Shown in pieces: positions 1 to 12,476 of a DNA stretch of 64,000 nt. Numbering within the stretch: position 1 is the stretch's first letter; the number at the start of each line of letters is the position of its first letter. The notes under the pieces were generated by a model. It made no database searches. It saw nothing but the letters and a program-made list of their open reading frames with translations, and was not told where the DNA came from. The stretch is from Azolla caroliniana (Eukaryota; Plantae; Polypodiophyta), in the NCBI GenBank assembly GCA_043228905.1, contig JBHGNT010000022.1, positions 682,001-746,000 on the forward strand, read 5' to 3'. Position numbers and translations under genes: made by a program.

Positions 1-364
1 GCGGCAAGTTCTTCCCTTAAGATTGATATTTCCTTTTCTCATTCCGCGTCTTTTTCCAGGCTTGTACTCACCACTGGTTGTGCCTCTGTTTTCAGAGCTT
101 CCTTCTATAGAGTAGTCGGTGGCACCGGCTCCATTACTACGCTTGTATTTTCACCCTTGTTATCCATGATGGCCACGCATTCTTTAGCCCTTTTTAATTC
201 TTCTTCCAGGCTCCGGATTTGTGCCCGGGCCTTCCCTAATTCTTCGGTTGTGGCTAGCAACCGCTCTACCTGACTACCGACTTGTCGTTGTTCTTCTTCC
301 ATTCGGTTGGCAACACCAGATACCTGCTCTTCGAGCCATTTCAACATTTGCTGGCAGGTTCCGT
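1..364 (-). mobile_element. Fragment of gypsy family-G accessory region (copy 3): end of accessory ORF-A and start of coiled-coil ORF-B
   Basis: ORF 105..437 (LKWLEEQVSG...ERLLATTEELGKARAQIRSLEEEL) is homologous to the C-terminus of 9475..11127. After its TAG the frame continues to ...ILREELA, matching ELRDELAA of copy 1. Cut at 365 by an LTR. Confidence 0.8.
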
Positions 365-751
365 TGTCGTGAAGATTCCAGGCCATGGTGAGAAACCGGG
401 GAATATCAGAAGAATCGGCGGAGTGCATCATGTGCACTTACCCTTGTAAAAACGTGTGAATAATAGGGGTGCCTTTATGACGCCGAGTAGGAGTTAATTC
501 GTGACAGAGGATCCCATGTAATTAGGGATTTATCCCACATCGTTACGCATCCCTCTCCTTGTTCTATAAAACGAAGGGAGCGCCCTTCGTAAAGGGGTTG
601 CCCGTTTTGAGTTACGAGGGTATACCGCTAGATTTAGGGTAGTTCTTGGTCTTCATCTTTCTCTTATTCCCTTAGGGTTTGTACTTCAGTCTTTCACCCT
701 GCTTTGTTTAGGGTTTCATCTTGGTAGCTTTCTTCTTCTCCTTCGTGTCTG
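365..751 (+). mobile_element. 5' part of a TGTCGTGAAG-type LTR, interrupted by the LTR at 752
   Basis: Starts tgtcgtgaagatt like the LTRs at 31763 and 52465, shares their tataaa...gaaggga...ggggttgcc and tagggttt motifs, and is preceded by ccgt. The 3' end was not found. Confidence 0.75.
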
Positions 752-1216
752 TGTTATCGCTAGGCACGGACAATGGCATAACACAGGGTGTCCCTTGAGA
801 CCTTCACCAAAGGGGTGTTGCGGTGAGACAAACTTAGACCGAACTATTAATGAAACCCTAATTGGTTACTAATCGGCAAAATCACTAATAGTCACAATAC
901 ACGCGTAAGATGGATTACACTTAGCACAGAATGGTAATTAACACTGATTTAGATACATAACAACGACACTCTATTAATTATCCGCTAATTGATTACAAAC
1001 TAACCGTGCCCTTTTATAGGTCCTCGACTCTAGGTACAAACTGGTGCCAATCGGCAACCGACTACAAACCGGTTCGGATCCGGATCGGCATACCTATTCC
1101 GGGTCCGTCCATTCGCTTCTCAAAATCATAATAATTCTATATTATAGATAATCAGCTCCCGGTTATTAATTATCCCCCTTTTCCCATTCTGGACTTCCCT
1201 TGTCGGCCGGCTAACA
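752..1216 (-). repeat. 3' LTR of gypsy family-G copy 2 (465 bp)
   Basis: Reverse complement runs tgttagccggccgacaagg...gccattgtccgtgcctagcgataaca and aligns with LTR 3289-3721. Confidence 0.85.
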
Positions 1217-3165
1217 CATGGCACGCCCATGGGACAGTACCTTGTACGTCGAATCCCACGATCCGGCCTTCATTCTTCCTCCAAAATGTCCAAAATGCTT
1301 TGATCTAAGGGTTGCAATGGTTCCTCAAGAAGTTGTTCTGTCGTCTATTGTTGTTGTTGCTCCTCATCCTGATGTTGCCCCGGTTTCTATTGTTCCTACG
1401 GCTATGGCTGCTCTTGTTATCCCTTCGGCTCCAACTATGGTTGCTTCTGGTTGACGTATGTTTCCTGCGGCTCAATCGGTTTGACCGGCTCTTCCTCCTT
1501 TTCTGGCTCGACTGGTCTTAGCGTCTCCTGGTTCTGCTGTCCGGCATGCACCGGTTCATGTGGATGACCTTCCTTTAGCGGTTCCCCCTGAGTACTATCT
1601 GGTTGGCTTCCCCTGGCTTTAACCGACGTTTGTTCTGACGATGGCTCCTCGTCACTGATGCTAATCGCCGTAGTTTTCTTGGCCACTTCTTGCCGTCGTC
1701 ATTCCTGTTCGTACCTTTCGAAACGGAGTTGGTTGTCCAACTGGTCATCATCCAATTGTGCCACCAACTGGCGTACCGCCACCCTTTGCTCATCAGCCAA
1801 GGATATGAAATCATCCGACAATTCTTCCTTTATCGCTTCGATGCTTTCCTTATCCAGGTTGTAAACTTCGTTGCCTTCTTTCCGCTGGTTTTCTGCATCT
1901 ACCTGCAGCAACAGTAGCTCCGCTGCCTACTTAGCCCACTTAGACCACCATTGTACTGAGCTTTCTTCCACCAATTGCTTCGTTCGATTCCTCCATGCTA
2001 GTACGATGTCCCGGATCTGCCCCAGGCCCATCTTCGACTTGTTCTCCGCAACCTGTTTTTCATCCTTCAATTGTTTGATCAGGCTCATGGTTGCCACTTC
2101 TTGGCTTTTGTAGTGCATGAGCTGGGTCTAATAGGTTGTCTGAACTTTGTTCAAAGCCATTGTAGTGTGCTCCGTTTCTGCATGGTGCTTCAATTGAAGG
2201 TCCAGTCGCTCTTTCGCTGCTTTCGCCAGTTGTTTCGCTACTTCGGCTCCCTTCGACTGCTCGTCCATCAATGCCGCCGTCATCCGGTTAATTTCCTCTC
2301 AGAGTTCCCTGCACTTCTCTTGTTCCCGGTCACTTTCAGTAATCAATTTATTATGATCAGCATCCAAATGCTTATAATCCCGATGCAGTCGGTTGAAGTC
2401 GTCGGTTTTCTATTTTAGCTTTTGATTGATTAGCCGGTGAGCACGGTCCTCACGATCTTTTTGTTGCCGGAGCTCCTCTTTGAGGCGCTTAATCTCCACT
2501 TCCGCCGTTCGTTGGAATTTCTCTTTTTCTTGTAGGAGTTTATCTTTCTCTTCCTTCAGTTGGTCATACTCTTGATGACCTCTTCTCAAGCTTTCCTCTG
2601 CTTGGTGGAAGCTATCGGTCATCTTCCTTTGTTCCTCCTTCGTTGCTTTTTTCAATTCTCGCTCTCTGGCTCGTAAGGCTTCTTGTGCTGCCAGGTCTTA
2701 CCGTAATGTGGCGAGCTCTTGTACTGGTGTTTTATTAGTATCCAGGCCTGCCTCAGTCACCGGGGTCATATTGCTCTATAAAGTTACCGAAGCCAACGGT
2801 TCTGATTGTTGTGGTCCTTCTATGACCAACTTGGCCATTTCTGTTTTGGCCTTCTCTATGTCTTCCTCAATGCTCCGGATTCTTGACCGGGCCTTCTCTA
2901 ATTCCTCGGTTGTGGCTAGCAACCGGTTTACATGTGCTTTCTCTTCCGCTTCTAACTGGCAAACGACCCCAACCACTTGTTTTGATATCCATCGTAACCA
3001 TTGATTGTCGGTGCCTTGTTGTCGTGCTGGTTCTGGTCATGGAATTGCTTCCTCACTGGCCAAGAGCCTATTATGAACGGTTATGTCAAGCAGCCGCTCC
3101 GGTTCTGGCTGTTGCTGTGGCGGCGGCGACACGGGCAATTCAATGACCGGTTCTTGATCCACCGG
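1217..3165 (-). pseudogene. Family-G copy 2: degenerate coiled-coil ORF-B and C-terminus of ORF-A
   Basis: ORF pieces 2410..2655, 1927..2118, 1699..1911 and 1435..1686 are colinear homologs of 11128-12476. 2776..2976 is homologous to the end of the 550-aa ORF. Confidence 0.9.
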
Positions 3166-3288
3166 TGTCGTGAAGTACGAAAGCTTCACATTAAAAGTCT
3201 ACAATCAAATAAATATGTAACTAAAATAACATTTGATAATGTTTTATATATAAAGATAATATTAACAACACATGATAATATTATATAT

Positions 3289-3721
3289 TGTTACCGGCCG
3301 ACAAAGGAGTCCAGAGTGTGAAATGGGGAGTTATTTAATTAGTAGGAATGGTTGTAAGTAAGCTATGAGTGTGGACAGACGAACCGGAAACGGTATGCCG
3401 TTTCGGATCCGGACCGATCCTGAACAGGTGCGGATGGCACCATTTTGTAATACAGACCGGAAACCTATTTAAAGGCCCGGATACAATGTAATGAACAACG
3501 GTTAATTAATAAAGCTTAGTGTTGTTATCTCTCTGTGTTAATTGTCATTCTGCATTCATTGTTATATCTTACGTGTGTGATTATTAAAGACGATAATGCT
3601 AAGTAACCTAATTAAGTCAGATTAATCGTTGAGTCTAATCTTGTTGCCGTAACACCCCTTTGGTGAAGTGTCTTCCGTAGACACCCTGTGTTAGGCCATT
3701 GTCCGACCCTAAGAGTTAACA
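3289..3721 (+). repeat. 5' LTR
   Basis: tgttaccggc...agagttaaca. Differs from the 3' LTR by roughly 25-30 mostly transition substitutions (eye count). Confidence 0.97.
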
Positions 3722-3728
3722 CAATTTT

Positions 3729-3738
3729 TGGCGACCAC
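3729..3738 (+). promoter_or_regulatory. Putative primer-binding site (tRNA-Arg-like)
   Basis: tggcgaccac, 7 nt after the LTR, matches the complement of a plant tRNA-Arg 3' end (...GUGGUCGCCA) as recalled. The match is only 10 nt. Confidence 0.55.
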
Positions 3739-3774
3739 GATCCCTGTTTTTGCAGCGAACGACGGCACGGATGG

Positions 3775-6700
3775 ATGACTAGATCAACGCACGACCTGGT
3801 TACAGATCGAACTCGACGCCTTGCCAAAAAGCAAAGGAGACGTGAGGCTTTCCAGCAAGCGGCGCAGGAAATTAGAGCGGATCGCTCGTTTTCCAACGTA
3901 ATCCGGAGAGTAGCAGAGGACTCCCTCTGGTTACAGCAAACATCGCACCCGGACGACGGCAGCAGCCTAAGCAACCTCCGGGAAACCAAATCCCTTCTCC
4001 AGGCGTTGGCAAACGGAGAAGGCGAAGCAGAAGCCTTTTCATCGTTTGAATCGGACTCCGAAGGGGAATACAACGTGCACACGAACTACCGTAGCAACAA
4101 CGAAGCTACGAACTACAGCGTTTGAATCGGACGCCGGAGAAAATCCCGGAACGAGCACCAACACTGCCAGCCCGCGCCCCGATACCGGACGACGACATGT
4201 CGTTCCAGTACTCCAAGTATAGAGATGATCCGGACGCGGAAGCTCATGTGCACGCCTTTGAACAAACATGGGAAGCCAACCATGTGTCCCAGCGATTGAC
4301 CCCAGAAGAAGAGGAATGCTCTAAGATAGCGGAATTTGGCGTCACATTGGAGGGACCGGCAGCAAGATGGCGCCGGACGTAGGACCCGTCTACAATCACC
4401 ACCTTTGCAGATTTAAAAGCTAAATTCTTGCATTTTTTCCAAAAGGAGGTGGACCAGACCGTAATGGTGGGCTTATTTTATACCATCCAACAGGAGGCAG
4501 GGGAGAGCATTCCCCAGTTTGTCATCTGGTTTCAACAGATGCATAGTCAGCTTGCTCGCACACCCCTGGAGGAGGAATTACGGACTATATTCCTAAATGC
4601 GCTCCGGGAACCCCTACGCACGGTTTGCACGGTAATTGACTTCCGCACAAGTACCATCGACCAGGTCATTGACCGGGTGCGAGAGATGGAAAAGACAAGC
4701 TCCTAGCTCACACTGGGAGCACTCCAACGGGCGTTACCGTCCGATGAAGACCTCCGGTTTCGGCAAGCAATACAGTGCACAACCTGCTTGCATTCCAGAC
4801 ACTCGGCACTAGAATGCACTATGAGGACACAATGTGTAATCTGTCAATCCAAGGGCCATACGACGGATAGGTGCGAGTATAATCTATTGAACCGGCAAGC
4901 ACCGCCCGTCCGACAAATAGAGCCACGTAGTAGCCGGGATGAAGAAGAGGAACGCTGGCGGCGAATGGACCGCAACCGACCGGCACAGGATGTCCGGTAT
5001 GGCGATCAACGGGAGAAGGATGTCCGGTACGGTGATCGGCGGGATAACTATGACCGGCATGATAGATATGATCGGTACCGGGATTACAATAGACGATACG
5101 AACATTACGACCGGGAGCACTCCCCCGGGTATCGTCAGCAACGGGAGGAATACGGCAGATATAACGAGCAACCTCGTCAAGAGTACCGCAATAAGAAGAG
5201 ATATAACAAAAAATGGCATTTCAAAAAAGGCGGCTACCCACGGGATCCGGAACAAGGAGCTTCAAGCAGCCAACCGGCCCAAAACCCCGCGCTTACCACA
5301 GGACCTGCCTCGGGTACAACAGACAATGCCGAATCCAGCAATACCTGGAAAGCCTACTGCTACTACTGCCGATAGGAAGGCCATTATAGTAATCAATGCC
5401 CGATGAAGAGCTATGAAAAAGGACCGGCGGTAAATATGGTAGTCCTTGAGGTGGCAGATCTGTAGTAGGTGACCACAAGGTCGAAGGGCATGGCCAAGGA
5501 ATGGGAGACGCAGGAGACCATCCGGAAGCAAGCGACAGAATGGGTGAAGAAAGCAAACGAGCAGAATGTCACAGACTTACAGCGGCAAAAGGAGAACACC
5601 GTAGGGCTTGCCGACGGCAGTCACTCCGAAAACGAGACATGGCAGGCGTTGCAAGAATGCCAGATTACGTTGCCACTAGGAAGACTCCTACAACTCGTGC
5701 CAAGATTCACGGAAGGACTGAAGACGGCCATGACGCCAGGAGAATCATCACCGGCACCGGTACTCTTCTCGAATCCGGAGGAGGAACCAACGGTGGTGGA
5801 CACCAACAATCCGGTAATCACTGCCATTGTAAAAGGGAAAGAACTCCCCAGCACAGTTATAGACGGAGGCTCCGGGGTGAATGTAATAAACCTCCGGACG
5901 TGTGATGCCCTAGGAATCCACGAGTGGGAGCCGTGTCCATTCTGGTTACGGATGGCCGATACAAGCTCAGTGCGGCCGACAGGATTAATACGGAAATTAG
6001 AAGTCACCATGGGCGGTCATACATTTCACATCTCGATTGTAGTGCTACAATTACAGGCACAAGGCGCATACCCGCTATTGCTGGGGCGGCCGTGGTTGAA
6101 AACGGCACATATCAAACAGAATTGGAGGAAAAATATAATTACCTTCCGACAAGGAAAAGCCAAGGTACGGGTACCAACACAGCCAAGGACGAGCACTGGC
6201 AAGGAATGTACATCGTTGTATGCAGAGTGCGTCAACATGCTAGAAGGGTTAGCTGACGAAGAAGAAGCTCAGTAATTGCAGGAAAACCCGAAGATCATAC
6301 CCCTCTTCGAAATTGACATTGCCGAAGTAGTAGCACCATACTTACCGCAACCGGAAGAGGCTGAAGCAGAACCGGATAAAGACGCAATCCGGGAGTTACA
6401 GCAAGCGCAGGAAGCGTTGGAACGGGAAATGGCCGTTTCACAGCGCGTAAAAGCGTCGCAACTGGAAGAGGTGAACCTAGGGACCACGGACGAAGCAAAA
6501 CCGGTGCACATAGCCAAGGAGATGAAGTCCAAAGACAAAACGGCGATGATCACACTTCTCACGGAATTTCGCGATGTGTTCGCCTGGTCATACGAAGACA
6601 TACGAGGACTCGACCCTTAGTTATACCAGCATCAGGTTCACTTGAGCAAGGACGCAAAACCAGTGGCACAAAGACGGTACCGGATGAATCCCAATTATGC

Positions 6701-9215
6701 CGCCAAAGTCAAGGAGGAAATCGACAAACTGCTAAGAGTCGGCTTTATCCGTCCAGTAAAGAAAGCGACATGGCTGAGCCCGATCGTAGTCGTACCGAAG
6801 AAGAACAGAAAAATTCGAGTTTGTGTGAACTACCGGAAACTCAATGCGGCTACGGTAACGGATGCTTTTCCACTTCCGTTCACAGATGGAGTGTTGGATG
6901 TCGTCGCCGGCCATGAGGTCTATAGCTTCCTAGACGGATTCAACGGGTATAATCAGATCCGGATGCCCCGACGACCAAGAGAAAACGGCTTTCGTCACCG
7001 AATGGGGGGTGTTTGTGGCCGTGGTGATGATGTTCGGACTCAAAACGGCACCAACAACATTTCAACGAATCATCATGGAAATCTTTGGTGAATATATCCC
7101 GGCTTTTATGCAGGTTTTCCTTGACGATTTCGCCGTCTATAGCCGGGAGGAGGACCATTTTCAGCACCTCCGTCTTTGTCTAGAAAAGTGTATAGCGTAC
7201 CGGCTAAGCTTGAATCCGGCAAAGTGTGTATTTGGCGTGTCCAGTGGAACCTTATTAGGACATATTGTGAGCTAGGAAGGTATTGCAGTCGACCTGGACA
7301 AAGTGAAAGCCATATTAGAAGCACCGGCGCCGACAACGGCAAAGGCATTGAGCCGATTCTTAGACCAGATCCGGTGGCACAACCGGATGCTCTGATACTA
7401 TTGTCACAAGCACCGGTAGTGCAGCCTCCGGATTGGAGTAAAGAATTTCATGTGTTCGTGGACGCCTCCGACATCGCAATCGGAAGCGTACTGATGCAGC
7501 TTACGGAGCCAAAGTGGTACCGGCCAGTGTACTATGCCAGCCGAAAGCTATCCCAAGCAAAACGAAACTACTCTACCACGGAACGGGAAGCTCTAGGGAT
7601 GATCTACAATGTGACAATGTTTCAGCATTATTTATTGGGAAGGAAGTTTTCCTTCCATGTAGATCATTCGGCACTCCTTTACTTGGTGTCCAAAGCGTCA
7701 CTCACCGGTAAGTTGGCCCGGTGGACCTTACTGTTACAGGAATTCGAGTTTGAAATATTCCACCGACCCAGTATACAGCATGCCGTGGCGGATTACTTAA
7801 GCCGATTAGAGTTCGGAGAGACGGGTGATGGAGGAGCGGATGAGTTTCCGGATGCGGAGCTGTTTCGAGTCATTACGAAAACGGCAGCAGATGAGACGGT
7901 GGCACAGGAAGACAAGTGGCTCACAAACATGCACCAGTTTCTGAGCACAGGAATGCCTCCGGAAGAGAGGAACCGGGACGAACGGAAACGCCTGGCGGTG
8001 CAAAGCCGACATTTCTGCTTACTGCAAGACACACTTTACCACAAGGGCACGGACGGCATATGGAGACGGGCTGTGCGCAGCGATGAAAAGGACCTGATAT
8101 TGAGGGAAGCCCACTGCGGAGTTGCCGGAGGTCACTATGCCAGAGATGCGACGGCCAGGAAAATATGGCAAAGTGGCCTATGGTGGCCAATGACATTAAG
8201 AGATGTAGTACGGTACGCAAAAGAATGTGACCTATACCAGCGAATGGGCCAGCCAACGGAGCAGGCTCGTATGCCACACCAGCCGGTACTACCACTCGAG
8301 CCATTCCAGAAGTGGGGGCTGGACTTTGTTGGACTGTTCAAACCACCGTCAATGAGAACGGGTAATTGGTACGTCATCGTCGCGACAGATTATTGCACGA
8401 AATGGGTGGAGGCCAAAGCCTTAAGAGACAACACCGCTGCGTCAACGGCGAAATTTCTATACGAGTACATCTGGTGTCGTTACGGATGCCCAATCGAATT
8501 AATAAGCGACCAAGGGGGGCACTTTCTCGGCCAAGTAGTTGAAAGCCTGACGACATTCTATGCCGTTGTCCATAAACGGAGCACACCATACTATCCGCAA
8601 GCAAACGGGTTAGCGGAATCGACGAACAAAACGCTCTAGAATATCCTTTGGAAGATCGTCAACGAAAACCGAACGGATTGGGATACCAAGCTACATGGCG
8701 CACTTTGGTCATACCGGACGGCATATAAAACAAGCATCCGAACAACACCGTTCCGGTTAGCGTTCGGACTAGAGGCGGTAATGCCGGTGGAATTCCAAGT
8801 ACCCAGCTTACGGATCCAGCTACGGGAACGGCTGAACGAGAAGGAGTCGGAGGCAATACGGTTAACAGCGTTGTGTGAACTCGAGGAACAACGACTGGCA
8901 AGCATCCTGCACTTAGAATTGGAACAACGGCGACAGAAAGCATTTGTCGACCGGCACAGGAAAGGAAATGAGAAAATGTTCGCAATCGGCAAGTCGGTGT
9001 TAGTATTTCAGACACGGATGGGCAAGATGTTGGGTAAACTACGGTTTAGATGGACCGACCCGTATTGGCTGACACGTGAGTATAATGGGTCCTACCAATT
9101 AGGGACACTTGCCGGCGAAGTGCTAGGCAATTGGGTCAACGGATTCCGATTGAACTCATATAGAGGACCGATGCCTAAGAACCCATTTGAGCAAAGGACC
9201 GACGACAACCTATGA
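3775..9215 (+). pseudogene. Disrupted gag-pol polyprotein
   Basis: Gag (DAEAHVHAFEQTWEAN; CCHC knuckles CVICQSKGHTTDRC and CYYCR*EGHYSNQC), protease VIDGGSGVN, RT FLDDFAVY, RNase H DASDIAIG...YSTTEREAL, integrase HCGVAGGH/WGLDFVG/ISDQG/PQANGLAE. Multiple TAG stops, a frameshift near 6965 and a probable deletion near 7392. Confidence 0.95.
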
Positions 9216-9474
9216 GGGAAATGGCAACCTATGAGGGAAACGGCAACCACCAAGACAGCAGAGACGGCGAGCCGATAACTGGGGAGAATGAGGCCGGTAA
9301 GGGTCCGATAGGACCAACGGACAAGTAACGTCACATTAACAGTAAAAAAAAAAAAAAAAACGAAGTAATCATGCAAAAGCGAGGAATGAATGGACGAAAG
9401 AGCGAGGAGCGAAAAGGTACGTAGTGGGCATTTAAAGCCCCACCACAGGACATAATGCTATTTTAGTACACGAC

Positions 9475-11127
9475 GTGCACACACTCGAAAAAGGCGCCAG
9501 AATGCACAGAGAAAAACCACTGCGCGTGGAAACCCTCTACTTTCGCGAACCCAGGAGCACAGAAGCACCAAGGCGCTGCAAGATCATCAGACGAGAACCT
9601 ACACATAGAGAACCCCCGCCTTCTGAACTCTCTCTCTCACACTCTCACTCTCATCACCAGCCAACCTCGCCACCACAAGCTGACCTCGACACAAACATGG
9701 ACCCGCAAACGCTGTCGGAAGCCGCCAAGACATGGCTAAAGCAACACGGGCTCCAGGGCTTCTTGATGATTATGGAGGTACCGCCACACAAAGAAGCCGA
9801 CAAGGTGATCAAAGAAATCGACACAGAGGTCATAACGGAGGAGGCAATTCGAGCGTTAACAGGCCTTCCGGAGGGAGGCATACTCACGATTGACAATCCG
9901 ACCTCGGAGCAACTCATCAGGTATTTTGGTGAGTACTCCCTAGCCAGCAAGGGCTACCGGACACAGGGCGGCGGAGATATGTTGTTCCGCGAGATTGCTC
10001 GTGTGCTCCACGAATACGGCCATGTGTACCCTAGACCCCCTGCCATGCCGCAGAACCGAGCAGGGATGATCATCGCCACCTATGAAGGGATCAAGGTGGA
10101 TTGGCCGGTATTGATCGCAGACGGTTTGTGTGCGGCGATCGTGATCTTCAGAGGCAAAGACGGCAAAGAAGGCCGAGACGGACGGAGGATATGGCACGTC
10201 GTAACGCAGTGGCTCACCTTGCTTGTGCCACCCGTCCAGCCCGTCCAGCCCAAGAAGCGGGGAAGAGTGGCGGACGGCACCCCAAAGACGGCTTCCAAAA
10301 GACAACAGTTGTTGGCCTCTAAGGCCACTAAGGGGAAGGCAGCAGACGCAGAACAGGCGGGAAAGGAGAACAACAGCCGGAAGCGGCCAACGGATGCGCA
10401 GGAGGAACCACAGGCACGACCCGTAAAGGTTACACTCCGCCGACCAGTGCATAGAGAAGCGGACCCCTTGGCTACAAAACTCAATGTCGGGACTCAAGAA
10501 GAGGAAATAGAGGAGGAGCCTACGGAGCACCTCCAGCGACGGTCGTCGGCAAGGACCGTTGAGGCAGCCGGGAAACGTTCGGACCCTCAGACGGAGGGAA
10601 CACCGGCTCCCCATACTGAGACTCCCACGCCAAGGGAAGAACCGGAACCGGTGCGCATGACACCGGAATCAGAAGCCCCGGCACCACCGGCAACACCGGC
10701 AAGTCCCATCCCGCTAGAGCCGGAAAGGTCAATGCAGCCTCCCTCGGCCAACCAAGAAGAAGCGCAAGGGGAACCAAGACAGCAGGGTGGTCCACGGGCT
10801 GAAACGAAATTGCAACTCGGCGCAATCAGGCGGGACCACCCATCTACAAGCGAGCCCATCTGTCAAACCTCCGTGCAAGCACAACAATGCACCGGTAGCC
10901 TGTGGCTCCGGTGGATAAGCGAACAGATAGCCGGAGCAGTGGGGTATATTGAGGCGGAAGAAAGAGCGCAAAGCGAACGGTTGCTCGTCACAACCGAACA
11001 ACTAGAGACGGCCCGGTCCAAAATACGGTGCCTTGAAAAAGACTTGGATCAGGTCACGGTAGAGATGGCCAAAATGGCCTTAACGGCAACACAGATCCAA
11101 TCACCGGTGACTCCGGTAAGTGTATAG
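9475..11127 (+). CDS. Retrotransposon accessory ORF-A (550 aa): globular N-terminal domain, disordered linker with basic NLS-like motifs, short coiled coil
   Basis: Open frame between integrase and the 3' LTR. The N-terminal domain is conserved in copy 2 (14356..15140 -). Confidence 0.8.
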   Translation: MHTLEKGARMHREKPLRVETLYFREPRSTEAPRRCKIIRREPTHREPPPSELSLSHSHSHHQPTSPPQADLDTNMDPQTLSEAAKTWLKQHGLQGFLMIMEVPPHKEADKVIKEIDTEVITEEAIRALTGLPEGGILTIDNPTSEQLIRYFGEYSLASKGYRTQGGGDMLFREIARVLHEYGHVYPRPPAMPQNRAGMIIATYEGIKVDWPVLIADGLCAAIVIFRGKDGKEGRDGRRIWHVVTQWLTLLVPPVQPVQPKKRGRVADGTPKTASKRQQLLASKATKGKAADAEQAGKENNSRKRPTDAQEEPQARPVKVTLRRPVHREADPLATKLNVGTQEEEIEEEPTEHLQRRSSARTVEAAGKRSDPQTEGTPAPHTETPTPREEPEPVRMTPESEAPAPPATPASPIPLEPERSMQPPSANQEEAQGEPRQQGGPRAETKLQLGAIRRDHPSTSEPICQTSVQAQQCTGSLWLRWISEQIAGAVGYIEAEERAQSERLLVTTEQLETARSKIRCLEKDLDQVTVEMAKMALTATQIQSPVTPVSV

Positions 11128-12476
11128 AATAAAGAAACGGATCGACTTGTACATACCAATAAGACCCCGGCAACGGAAACCGTTCCGGCGAGAGATGCGG
11201 CGCAAGCCCAGGAGCTTGCGGAATTGAGAGATGAACTTGCCGCACAAGAAGCACTAAGGAGCCGTGAACGGGAATTGAAGACAGCGGCCGAAGCCGAATT
11301 AAAGAAGACTGTTGAGAACCTCCGCCGGGCAGAGGAGAGCCTCCGGAAAGGTATCAACCTTACGACCGGCTAAGGGAGGAAAAAGACAAAGTGCTGCAGG
11401 AAAAGGACAAGTTGCGGAAGACGGCGGAAACGGAAATTGAACGGCTAAAGGAAGAGCTCCGCCAGCAGAAGGACCGCGAGGACCGGGCCCGTCGACAGAG
11501 CAACGCACGGCTCAAGCAAAAGACAGATGATTTTGAGCACCTGCACCGGGACTACAAACGGCTGGAAACGGAGCATAAGGAACGGATGGCCGAGCTCCAG
11601 CAGGAAGTTGATCGGGCCGCGACGGCGATCGCCGACGAACGTGCGGAAAATACAAGACGGTTGGATGAGGCGGAGAAGGTCTGGATGGAGCTCCAGAGGC
11701 AGCAGAAGGAAGAAAAGGAGAGAGCGTCAACAGTATTGCAGAAATTACAAAGCACATATCAAAGGCAATTGACACATTACAAGGAGCAGGCGGAAGACAA
11801 CGTCAAAATCATCAAGCAACTAAAGGAGGAACGGCAAGCGGCGGAAATCAAATCGCAATTGGGAACGGGCCGGATTCAGTGCATCCTTCGGGCATGGCTG
11901 AATCAGACAAAACGCTTGATTGACGAAAGCTCCGTAAGATGGTGGACAAAGTGGGCACAAAATGGGGCGGAACTCCAATTGCTACGGGTAGACGTGGCAA
12001 ACCGGCGGAAGGAAGGAGATGATTGTTATACGTTGACTTCCGAGGACTTCACCGCCATACGGGACAAGCTGGCCGGCGACTTCCAAGTCCTAGCGGATGA
12101 ACAGCTAGCGCAGGTCCGGCAACTCGTAGCTCAGCTAGACGATGATAGGTTGGACGCTCAAATCCAGTTTGAAAGCTACGAGCAGTCCCGGGTTCGGGAA
12201 GAAAAAGCACTGGAAGCGGCAACGGTTAACCTTAGTGATGAGGAACCGTCGCCGGCCGAGGGCCAGCCCGGAACCAATCAACCAGAGACCACTACGACGG
12301 AGACGCCGGTGTCAGAGCAACAAACAGAGGAGCAGCCGTAGTAGCCACCAACGGACCCGTCACAGCAGACATCAACAGAGCAACAACAGCAACCACAACA
12401 ACAACAACAACCAATTCCAGATGAACCATTGGAGACTCTCGAACAAAGCATTCTGGATATTTTGGACGAAGAATAG
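11128..12476 (+). pseudogene. Accessory ORF-B, long coiled-coil protein in frame behind the ORF-A stop
   Basis: E/K/R/Q-rich helical sequence. 1-bp frameshift near 11352 relative to copy 2, TAG TAG at 12339, ends ...ILDEE*. Confidence 0.8.

Noticed and set aside
5621-10859. Antisense ORFs over gag-pol and ORF-A (for example 9940..10614)
   Set aside because: Shadow frames of GC-rich coding sequence with no independent support.
9475-11127. ORF-A intact while gag-pol is broken, suggesting host domestication
   Set aside because: A 1.6-kb ORF can stay open by chance at this level of decay, and copy 2 of the same ORF is disrupted.
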